A stretch of 64,000 bases of DNA. It comes from Bugula neritina. Its lineage: Eukaryota > Animalia > Bryozoa. The DNA is taken from contig OZ037765.1 of assembly GCA_964035545.1 (NCBI GenBank), positions 28,519,504 through 28,583,503 on the forward strand, given 5' to 3'. Positions 43,201 through 56,000 of the stretch are shown here, in pieces. Each line of letters begins with the position of its first letter. Within the stretch, counting starts at the first letter, position 1. The notes beneath the pieces were generated by a model, which saw nothing but the letters and a program-made list of their open reading frames with translations, did not search any database and was not told the DNA's origin. Position numbers and translations under genes: made by a program.

Positions 43201-46200
43201 TTGTGGTTGATCAGGCGATTTTGAAAACCCGCATATTGGGTACTTTTAGCATTGTCAAATCTGAAAATTTATTCATATTGGCTGCAGTGAAATTGTTTCC
43301 CCCCACCAAATGGCTGTAACACCTCGTAGCGTCTATAGCTTTAGTAAAGGTGAATCTATGAACTGCCCAGTAAGAAAGTGTAACTTATATGTACAGCACA
43401 TGACCTGCTAAACTCCCAGGCTACTGAGTGTTGACAATGCAACACTTGTAACTATTATAGAAGTATTATAACATACTGTAAATACAAGCTAGTAGCTCCT
43501 ATACATTGTATGTAGTGATTTAATACAAGGAGATCGTAGGTATCACTTCTATCAATTTATCCACTCAGTGTACTACTTTCAGTCACTTAATTGGCTGATG
43601 GCAATTATTGATCAGTTGCTCCTGACTATTATTATAGATTATATTTTACTTTGCCACATGAGCAAGTTTTAAGCATATATGTTAATGATTGTATGCAGTT
43701 GGTAGTGAAGTACACATGCTTGTTAGTATCATTGGCTTAGCTGGAAGCACTCTGCATAGTCTGTAGTGCTGGCTGTAGCATATTCTATTACTATAGACTA
43801 TATTCTACATCTAACAGTTAGCACCATGTACTCTAAGTCTATTTCTAGACATTCATCTTCAGGTTGGTTGTGTTTAGCATGTTGATATTTGTATTATATA
43901 GTGTTTACTGGTATACCGGTAATATAATATGAATTCCGTTGTATATTTGTATTGAAGATTTTTTTAATTTTTGGCAGGCATGTTAGATTTGCTGAAAGGT
44001 AATAATCCACAGCCTCCAGCCAGGCGGGCTAGGTCTACTGACGCCCCCAAAGTATCAGAGCAAGATGCTGACACAGAGGCTATTATTAAGCTATCTCACT
44101 ATCCAAGTGCACAAGTAAAAAAAGACACACAGCCAGCAATAGAACGAGAGGATTGGCCTGCGCCTCCAGCCACAGCAATTGTCATTAAGAACATGGGTTG
44201 GTGTCGCGACATTAAACGTTGCTACTGTTTACTTTAAAGGCGGTAAGCTTCCAGGTTATTTATTACATTTGAGCAAAAGTTTGCATGCTTTTCAACTGTT
44301 TTATCAGCATTTTATCCAATTTCTTATACGAAAACACTACAAAAATGTAAGTAAAAGTGGTCATATTAGGTGTCTTGGACTTGCCCAGACTTGCCCGCGA
44401 GCGTGCCCTCCGTGTCCTATTCTGACGTGGGGATGGCAAAATAGCCCTATTGTAGCGTGAGTTTATATCGCGTAAAGTTATTAAGAAGCGGGTTTGTCAC
44501 AGATTCTCGTTATTCGTAGTTCAAATCACATGAATGTTACTCTTCGGGCGGCTACTAATAACTAACGTTAGCTACGCAACATCAAGAAAGGTAACTAATT
44601 TGACTGTTTTCAAATGGACTATTCCATTTCGCTAGTTTGTAACTTGCTGTAAATCACAAAATAATTATTTTCCCTATTTTAATTTCAATTATCATGTCGA
44701 CCACACTACCAGAAAATTACTCTTAAATATGCAGTAAATGATGATTTTCAACCGTTTTGTGATGAATTATAGGTTAGTAGTTGTCTACGTAAAACCAAGT
44801 TTTAAAATTTGTAACTGAATCAGTGAAACTGAATCACAGTATCAGTGTGACTATGAGTATCACTAGTCTATCACTATGAGTATGTCTATGACTCTCACTC
44901 TAACTCTAAGTCTATGACTGTCGCCTATTGGTGAACTATTATTAATAATATTCAATGGTTATATTTATTAATACTATTATCAGTCATAATGATAATCATA
45001 TCACATATGACAGTATCAGTTACGGAGCAGAATCAGTTTCGAAACTAATACTTATAATATTAGTTATAACTATAAGTATAAGTTATACCAATAGCTATAT
45101 TTATATTAATATAAATATTTATATTCATAGTAATACTAATAACAAATGTAAAATTATTATGTTAATAGTTATACTTGTAAGTTATAATATAAAACAAACG
45201 ACACAAGTATTAATTTGAACTGCTGGTCTTAAAATAAAAAGTAAAATAAATAATAATATAAATAATAAAATATAAATTATAATAATTTAATTATACTAAT
45301 ACTAATAGCAATACTTATACAGTAATATAATTATAATAAATTTATAAAACTTAAACAACTTTAAATTTAAGGAACAACTTTAAATACAAACAAAGATAAT
45401 ATTAAATAATTATAATCATAATGATCATAACAATAAATATAATTATGATTCCAATAATTATCAATATATTATATAATATTTAAATTATTTTAATTTATAA
45501 TTATAATCATAAATTTTATAGTTATAGTGAATAAATTCAATTTGACATAACTATAATATTATAAAGCAGTCAGCCTATCTCTAATGCTGATTGAAATTCA
45601 GATTGTTATGACTGTATCATTATTCACTAACTCTAAGAGTAAGTGGCTACAATTATTAGTATCAATGTTGTGTTAGAGTACTATACCCATTGGAATTTTG
45701 ATATATCCATTATATTTACAACTCTGCCTGTTACAGCTATTAATAAATTGAACCAAAATACCAACAGTGCCTAATCATCGCCTTATTTATAAAATAATCA
45801 CAATCATAATGCTCAAGTTAATAGATTGGAAATTATTGAAAATTATGTTGATGCCAATATAAATATGACATTGTATGCATCCAAGTAGTGATGTTGTAAT
45901 ATATCTTGGAAGATAATTACATTATAATAAGAGTTAAATTCCTCTAAGTAACTTTTTTGCAATTATTCCTTAGAATAACTATAACTTATACTCCTAACAT
46001 TTAATAGCGCATTAGTTTTAGATTGAGCTACTAATTGTATTTATTGCATGTGAAAGTTAGTTATTCTCCGCCAGCTGCATGAATGTGACTGGTAAATTTT
46101 GTAACCTTTGGCAGTAATAACTTTGTAGCATAAATTAGACACATTTTTATGAAAATACATAATTTTAATGCTATAGCTGCTAGTAATTCTAATGGGTGTA

Positions 46201-49200
46201 ATAATATTACTTACTTTCACCAGCATTAATTTTTACTTTGTTCATGCTTCATAAAGCGTTTTCTAAATTCTTTTTTGAATAAATATACATATAATGTGCT
46301 GAATAGATTACATATGTTGGGGTTCTTCCTATACTGCAGCTCAGCCTACACTCCCCGCCACAAATGTTCCTAAACTACTAGCTTCATCAGGATACAGATT
46401 GATGGAGCTGTATTGATAAAAACTTCTCTTTTTAGCAGTAGAGGCATCATGAAAAAAAAGGCAAGTATTTTACTCAATAAGAATTCGGTTTTTTACTTCT
46501 ACAAATTTGATAACCTACACGATTCTATTTAAATGGAAACTGGTCTGACATAATGTGTCTGCAATTTATTAGTTATAATATAGTAAATACTATGCAGGCC
46601 TATAGATTAAATGGCTCAAAAAAAATTAAATAAAACATTACACAATGCTGTATTTATTAGCAATGTAATACTTAGCAACTAATTTCACATTATTATTGTT
46701 TGCAAAGTTTCATACATCTACATATGTTTGTTCAATTCAGTGTTCTGAAGTAGAAGGTTCCAACAGCAGGGAAAAGCCTTGAACAAGATATTATGTTCTA
46801 CATCTCCAACTCATTTTAACTTTGCTGGTCAGTTCATTGTGTATCTGGAGCATAGTTTTGTATTTTCAAGTAGTCCATCAGATACCTTTGTAGATAGTAA
46901 AGATTAAAATGCTTGTGCAATGATGTCCATAATGTTGAACCGATTTATTGAAACTAAAACTGTTCTTAATTATAACAAAATTTGACAATCTTTACATAAA
47001 GAATAATGTCCTATAATCTATCTTCATTGTAAACAAAATTAGAAAGTTCCACACCAGCAAATTGTTTATCATCATCTGTAGGTGGAAGACGCGTGCACTT
47101 AGTTATAAAGGCAAGCTGACAGTGGTTTTCTTTGCCTTCTATGAAGATTTGGAAAGAGCCAGAAAATTAATACTCTATAACTGCAAAACCATGTTGTAGT
47201 GTCTTGTGTTATTGATTGAATCATCTAAAAGAAAAATTGTTGTATCATTATAATTTTACTGTTAATGAATTAGCAAATCTACTTATCTTGGTAAATATGT
47301 TCAAGAACAAATACTATAGTGTAACTCAGTTTTGGTTATGTGTATGCTCCTTAAGCAAATTTACAGCAGATATCAAACTATATATTAGAGACTGATATAG
47401 GAATTAAATTTAAGCTAACCATGATGATGTAAATAGCTGTTGTATGTGACTTCGAGAACTCTGCTGGCCATGTCAGTTCAAATACACCAGGGTGATCTGT
47501 TACGAATTTCATGTCATTATTGAAATTCAGCTTTTTCAAGTGCCTCTTCACAACTCTGGCAGCATTCCGACTGCTCCTTAGCTTTCTGCGCCTGAAATTT
47601 CTTCTACTTGCACCATTCTTCTATTGGTGGAATGTTAGCCTATAACAAACAGGTGTACCAAAGCTAAAAAAATATCTAATTCACTGCACTAGGATATTAT
47701 TCAACTCATTTAAATTTAATATATAGCAGTAAAACAATCACATAATTGTTTTTATTTTATCAGCTTTACTTTACAAAGCTGAACCATATAATTTAGTAAC
47801 TTGTCACCATAATAAACTTTGTACAACATACAAATTGAAAACCTGATGTGATTGCTTTTTTAATAGAATATACATCAAAAACATGTTACTTTGATAAGCG
47901 TGTTTATAATAAAAGTATTAAACCAGTTTGAAAAAATTATTTTGTTATATAAGGGATCACAAAACTACATCATTTTAGACCTGTAGCTCAATGTTCCTCA
48001 AGCAACGGGCTGCTATGACTAATTAATTTTCTATCATTGCATTTGATTGTTCTACTCATAGTGTATTGGCGAATTAAAATTATTGGTAATTTAATGTACA
48101 TTTTAGCTACCTCTGTACAATCAATGTCATAGTAATATCAATTAGGTTTTAAATTTCACTGAGTTTATAGTAAATTACTGCAACCGTTACATAACATTTG
48201 GCTAGTTCTCTAGTTCATTAAATAACCATACGAACTTAAATTTACAACATGACAAAACACACAAAGCAAAATTAAAATAAGCATATTATGAACCAATGTA
48301 AATGATAAGCGATAATGCTGTTATAAAACATAAATTATCAAATTGAAATAGTTATTATTACTATTAGTATTACTATCATTATAACAACTATAACTATTAT
48401 TAGTATTACTATTAGTATTAGTATTAGCAAATTAGTAGTAAAAAATGAGTAGAGCTCAACATATACAATCTAGCTTACTATAAAAGTAGAAGTAGAATTT
48501 TAAAACTATCATCTGCATCATTATCAGAACTATGAGTAATACTAGTAGTTGTACTAATAGTAATACTAATTATTAATACTAATAGTATCACTATGAGTAT
48601 GAGACTTGGGCTGGCAGTGATTATCACTATCAGTATCAGCATCGTCATAGTCAAAAGTTACAAGAATTAGAAGCCATATTCATATTCATAGTAATAGTCA
48701 ATCATTGATTGAGTTAATGTCATAGTGATACTCATACTCATAATTAATTTATACGATACTCATACTCATAGTGATAGTGATACTTCACTGTGAATTTAAT
48801 AATAATTTTAATTTAATATAAATATTATTATTAATATTATCATTGTTGCTAATATTATGTCTTACTCTTAGTCTAACAGCAGCTCTATGAAGAAGTTAAA
48901 CATAAATGATAACAAAACAAATTTCAAAAATAATACTGCAACAATCAATATAATGTATATCAATATGCTAGCAACCTAATTTTCAGCTCACTTCATTAAC
49001 TTTCCGTGCAGTATTGTGAATTGTGATGAAATAAATTTATTAATGGTGACCTTGACATCTTCGTCCAAATGCCTTTCACGTCAAGCCCCGAACCAATTTG
49101 TAAAAATTTTGGATTTTTTACTTTTGATTATTTTTTACGAAAAGAGCTTCAAAATAAATTTAAAAAAAAGTGAGCTGTTGTCCACATGAAAAGAAATATA

Positions 49201-49892
49201 TGAGCTAATTTTCTAAATTCAGGAAGTTACCAGAGGGTCACAATATTTTTTTAAAAAAATCTTTATTTTCACGACAAGCTCTATATATTAATATAGAAAA
49301 AAAGAAGACAACTCTTTTTTCAGATTTTTCATGTGCCACGGTCACGTCAATATCAGTGCTATTAACACATATATTTTAATTCATTTTTTCTGGTATATTG
49401 AGTTGAGATTTTTTGTATATATTTTGTGAATGCTACTAAAAAATTATGATCTTTTAATTAACAGTAATTGATTTTATCAAAATAACCTGGATGCTTACGA
49501 TGTTTAACTATTATATCATCATGATAAGGTAATAATTAGGTACTTCAAAAGCTGTTATCAAATGCTTTAGTTTATGTAATACTGAGGAAACCTTTTCAAA
49601 ACTTGACCTTCTAAGAATATTCCGTAAGATGACAGATTAATTGTGTGATAACCAGCATAGGTCAAGTATAAGCAGCCACACTTTTTGTGAGTACAATCTT
49701 TAGTTCCTGGCAGCTCCTATTTTTATTGGAAATACTTTCTTTACATTATAAGAGGTGCTGCATAGATGTCATAATACTTTATACACATACTTGGTATGCC
49801 CCATGTTATGCAGCTGCAGACTTAAACTACTGCTACTACTACTACTAATACTACTGCTACTACTACTACTACTGCTACTACTACTACTACTG

Positions 49893-49963
<71 letters not shown>

Positions 49964-50009
49964 GCTACTACTACTACTGCTACTACTACTGCTACTACTA
50001 ATACTACTG

Positions 50010-50092
<83 letters not shown>

Positions 50093-53000
50093 GCTACTAC
50101 TACTACTACTACTGCTACCACTACTACCCTACTACTACTACTGCTACCACTGCTACCACTACTGCTACTACCACTATACTGCTACTGCTACTATAGTTGC
50201 TACTACTACTACTCAACTATTACTAACGAAACAGCTTTACTAACAGTTTAACTATTACTGTTACTACTACAGCATGTTAAGCTGCTAGTTGCCTTATTCC
50301 CTTAATCCTATTTTATTTTGGTAAAGGATATTTATGATTTATTCCTGAAAACAACCCAACAGATAATTAGACTAGTTAAGGTCAGACTGGGGTATTTATT
50401 AGCTTAATGTGACAGGATTAGGGATAAGTCTGTCTGACTAATAGTTTCAGGTCTTCTACTAATTGTGGACTTGTCTGGTTAGCGTACTAGTCTATGACAT
50501 GGTGTAGTGATGATACACCCAATACAAGATGGCACAATTATATTCAGAGTTTATTTATGTGTCCTACTTTATGTTATACAGTAAGAACTTCATTTTCAAA
50601 AAAATATGAAGACAAAAATAGTGACTCTGAAGAAGAGCCCATTGTTGATCCAAAAATACAAAAAGAGTTGGAAGAAGTTGCTAAGATACAGGACTCGGCA
50701 ATGGTCAGGTGTATCAGAGAGGACGTGGCTGAGCAGGTGAGGCTGTGCTGTTTGTGTGCTGCAGGTAGAATACACTCTATAAGTGCATATAAATTACTGG
50801 ATAATGACCAGAAAAAGCTATAAAATAAAAAGAGATTTCATTCCATGAAATAGCAGCTATAGAAATATCTGTATGGAATACTTGGATACTTTGTTTAAAA
50901 TTTTAATATACCGGGCAGTAATATAAGTTCTATGAAGCTATGCCTAAGCTATGTTTTAAGCTTTTGGCTAGCAAAGTCCAACCCATCACCAAACTATTCA
51001 ATATAGTATAGCAACAGTTGAACAGCCAAAGCCTACAGGATAGCAGTACTTGTTAATAATGCTAGTACACAGCCTACTATAGCCTATAATGCTGCAGAGG
51101 TATAATAAATTGAATGCACAGACAGGAAACAGTATGTACTGAATATTGAGGAATTATTGTACAATAATTACAGTGTAAGGTGATCATATTTTTACTCTAA
51201 GCCTATACTCACTACACTAGTCTTATAATCAATACAAAATTGACAAGCTGCTGCATTCATTGTGGCTGCAGCAGTATATTTGGTCTCTCACTAGCTACAC
51301 TCTAGAGTCTAGAGTCTGGCCAGCAGCAGATCACCCACACGCTGCTCATTCACTGCTGCTCTACTACAGCTATGCTATTATTTGTATTTTATTTGTTATA
51401 TAAATTTGTTCAAAACTGTATTAATTTAATGTAGCCACAATTGTCTGCTAGAAGTTGGAATTTTGCAAAACATACAATATGTTTTTTTATTTTCATTTCA
51501 AAGACTGGTTTTGCTTCTCTAACTATTATATAATCATAAAATGAAATTTAGTGAAACCTTATTTTCTCCATTTAATGATTGAGAACGAGGAGACAACTTT
51601 TATACTCCAGTTTTCACTGATGGTAGCCTAACATAATATTATATATATCCACTTCATCATTTGTTCATTGTTTCAGTGCTGTATTAGAAGTTGTTAAATT
51701 AATAGAAATTATGAAAACTTATTATGTTTAACTACAGAGTATCTGCCCTTTAATTGGGTGTAGATACAAACTATATATATGGTACTGTATAGAGGTGGTT
51801 GTAAGAACTGTAATTACCGTACCACTCAAGTATTTGTAGAAGATGAACTTTTGCAAGGTTCTCTGTGAGTCAAACACATGCTGCTGAATACTTGAGTGTG
51901 CTAATACTATTGATTTTACTTGCCTATATATAGCAAGTGAAATACGTAAAATCAATGGCAATTTCAGTCTAACTTTTTTCACGTAGATACAGCACGATAA
52001 AAAGAAGTTATTAGATCCTCGTAGTGCCTCGAGGACTCCCTCCGCTAATAAAGAGCCAATACAGCCCACGAGGTTCACCTCCCCTTTCAATGCATGTAGG
52101 TTCTCTTCTAAATATAGACATAACTATAATCATCGTTTGTATTCATTTATAGAAAATGTTCTGAAGCTCAACCTACATGCTATTATAAAACAGCTGCTGG
52201 AAATCTTCTCACTAATTGCTCTTAACCTTATAGTGGTTTTCAGTTGAATCTATTTTATGTGTCTATTGATGGATCTTACAGTTTTGAAATACTAGGGATT
52301 TGATATTGTGAATGTCTAGTATAATTTCGTTTGCAACCAAATGTAGGTTTAAAAATATGAAATATTGTGGATGTTGATGATGTTATAATATTTTGTTCAA
52401 AAATTAGTCCACAATTGCTTCGAATTAATCCTTGTTATTTGCATAGATATGCATAACAGGTTTGTTTGATTTATGTTTAAGTCTTGTGCTACAACTTGAA
52501 ATTAACAAAATAACTCAAACAGAAAACTATAGTGAGTTTGAATTTTTAGGAAATATCTGCAGTTTCTAGTCGATAGAAAAGTACATGTTTGATAATTTCT
52601 GTTTAGGCAATAAAATATAGTGGCATTACTCATACTTCATAGTAATGTAGAGGTAAATTAGGTAATTTTTATAGTGTGTGCAGTAAGCTATAATTTGTTT
52701 GCAACTTTACTTCTCTGCAGCTCCATCAAGATCCTTAGTAGAAAGGCCAAGATTTATCTCAGATTCTGAAGCTTCAAGAAGTTTAAAACATAATGGTACT
52801 GACAGACCTGCAGTAGTGCATGGATCCTCTACATCACATAAATATAGTACGTCTCACCGTTAAATGTATTATATTATTTATTTATTACTAGATGGCACAC
52901 CTGCATTAGAGAGTAGAGAATAGCGCTCATTACACCTTGACGAAAATTATAGAATCATTTCTCTATTTCACTTTCAAGTACTAAATGATTTTATGTAGTA

Positions 53001-56000
53001 AAATAGAAAATGCCTATTACATTTGTTTAATTATATTTGAGTCATTTTACTTAATTTAGTACACACTGGAAGTCTCCAGTTTTTAGCTATTTTTTACAAT
53101 TTAGCTGCTGATGAAAATGGGTTTTTGCCCAAAACTAGTAAAATATCAATAAATACACCTAAATAATCAAGGTTCTTGTTAATTTTGCTTGATTTCCCTC
53201 GTTTTTCAATTTATTTAGCTACTTTTAATGGTCCGAAATCAAAAGTAGCTAAATAAATTGGAAAAAACGTGGGAAATCAAACAAAATTAAGAACAACCTT
53301 GATTATTTAGGTGTATTTATTGATATTTTACTAGTTTTGGGCAAAAACCCATTTTCATCAGCAGCTAAATTGTAAAAAATAGCTAAAAACTGGAGATTTC
53401 CAGTGTGTACTAAATTAAGTAAAATGACCCATTTCCTTACTCATACACAATGAAATTGAGTTTGCACTGGAGTAATAGGGAGAGGGTGTACTCATGATAG
53501 CTCTTCATTTGCTGTTTGCTTGCACTAATATATCTCTTGAATATGACTGGCCCCATATTAGATTGATAGAGTTTATAGTTTGATTAAGCTCACAATAGAT
53601 TTACCATGTCAAGTTTTTAAATAACATTCACAGTTTCTGCTGATGATTCAGAAGCAGGGTTGTCTTATCTTGTTTCATGAAGTTTAAATAATCCTACTAA
53701 AGAACAGGCGTAATAATAATCACCCTTTTAAATTAATTTTTTTGTATTGGTATTTTCTGTTGAAATTGTATACTAGACCTTATTAACCTGTACTTACCAC
53801 CCACATGGCCACTTAATTAGCATGGAGACATTATTTTAACCCCTGTCTCCTTTTACGTCAATCATTCCTTAATTTACACTTAAAATATTTCAAAACTGAG
53901 ACTTTGAGATATCAATTTACTTGATTGTAAATACATGCTCTCTGAGGTTTAATTTCATCACTAATGCTATGGCAGGCCTAGACATCAAGCAACATATGTA
54001 AATTGTGACCGATTGTTGCTTTGAAGTATAATAATATAATAATATGTTATCATATATATTGATAAATAATATACTAACTATTGTATATAAGATCTTGTTG
54101 TATCATTTATTTGCCACTTTTTACTATTGGTGATACTTTTTTTTAAATATGGCTTCCTTTATAGATTCTAATTTAAAGTTTTGGACTAAAATGCAACATT
54201 TATTGTAGGAGTGAAGCCAGGGTATTCATTTGGATATGTTTCCAAATCCTTATCAACAGTACCCCCAGGCACTCCTGGTGCCTATGTTTATGTGAGTATT
54301 CAATATCTTGTATAATTGCAATATAAACAAAGCACACAAATATGTGCAAAAATTTGTCAAAAAATGTGTAATTTTAAGCTCATCAAAATGGTCCGGACTT
54401 TGTACTGAAAATGTGCCTTCTAATTGACGTGTTGTTTAATTTTGCATACTGGTACAGGATTCGTTTTATAATGAGGATTCCGAAGATGAAGATTTCGATG
54501 TAAGGGAGATGAAGAGGCGTATGCATGGTATGAGCTTGCATGTACATCTTTTATCGAGAAGTAATCAGAAAATATATACTGAATAACTAGTTGCCTCGAC
54601 AGTTACATAGTGGAGCATTTATCTATTTCCATCAGTACCTCTAAAACTACGTGAAGCAATTTTAATTTATTAGTTGAAATATCTAAGCTACAATGTTTAC
54701 TGGTAAAAGTAGAAGTTGCAGTCACTTCGAAATTAACTTCTATTTTATATAAAGTTCTGCTATCTCTGCTGGTGACTACCCCAGCCTTTTTAGTAGATAT
54801 GATCTGAGAACCACAATTATTTGTTTGAAAAAAAAGAGCTCGTCATCAAAGCAGAAGTGTTTGTATAATCCATAGCAAATACTAACTTCTTAACTACATA
54901 ACAAATACTATAAAGTATGTGCTTAACTTTTTTTAAAAGGGGTTTTGGTTGGACCAAATTACTCTAATCGTTGCTACTTTTTTCTTATAGATAGCTTATG
55001 AATTTCGGATGTATTGGTATTGTATTCTTGCAAAATAGAAACTTCTAATATTCAACAAACTTTTTATTGATATGTATATATAAAAAATTACTGAACTTAG
55101 TATGATTTAAGCGAAAACAATTTCATGCAGCTTTAATAATAAGCATTATCTATATTTTCCTATATTATTATGAGCTTTTGTAGTCTATTTATATTGATGT
55201 GGGACCTTTCCAGTTCCCTATTGAACAGGTCATGCCATGGGCATGTTGAAGTTTATGAAGCAATCCCAACTGCAATGCCTCCTGACTTTTAAACACCTTT
55301 CAGACCCAAGTGCTAATTTACCTTTTATTTTATGCGTGTCATGTACTCATCGTGTAAAGGTTATACATGTTGCACAAACAGACTGATCCTGTGTGTTTAC
55401 AGTTGTAGATCTGGTAACTCGAGGGGCTGACGATGAAGACGATAGAGACAGCGTATTTGAGGTACGAGTAACAGTTTACTTACTAGTTTCATCATGTGTT
55501 GTGTAATATTGTGCTGTGCATGATTTAGATGTTGTTCTCTATGTTGTTGGAGTTACCCTCTCTAATGTTGCCTGCATGCTGTACTTACCTGCCGGTGCAT
55601 CATTTTGATATTGTGAAGTCTTAGCTTATTTGCTATAATATTTAGCTATAAAGTACCTGTGGATAAGGGGCTTATGCATGTATACAATGTATTAAATACG
55701 TGTTTCAAACCTGGAATGGTGGAGAGAGGGGTGTCCGGTCACAGCCTTGATAGGTTTCATTTGGTTAAAAAGGTTTATGAATTAGCAAATACCTTCTATT
55801 TAGAATTACAATTTTTCACAAATAAGCTTTTTTTTTAAAATCATATCTTATTAACCAAGTTGCTTGTAAAAAATATAATAAACTTAATTTGTCTAAATTT
55901 TGCTCTTTGGATTTTCTCCAGAGCGACCCTGCATTAAACACTTCAGTTGCAAATAAAAAGGTAACAGCCTCTTATATAATGTTGATTCACTCATCGATTT

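Noticed and set aside
49755-50243. Poly-Leu and poly-Val ORFs
   Set aside because: Translations of the (CTA)n microsatellite.
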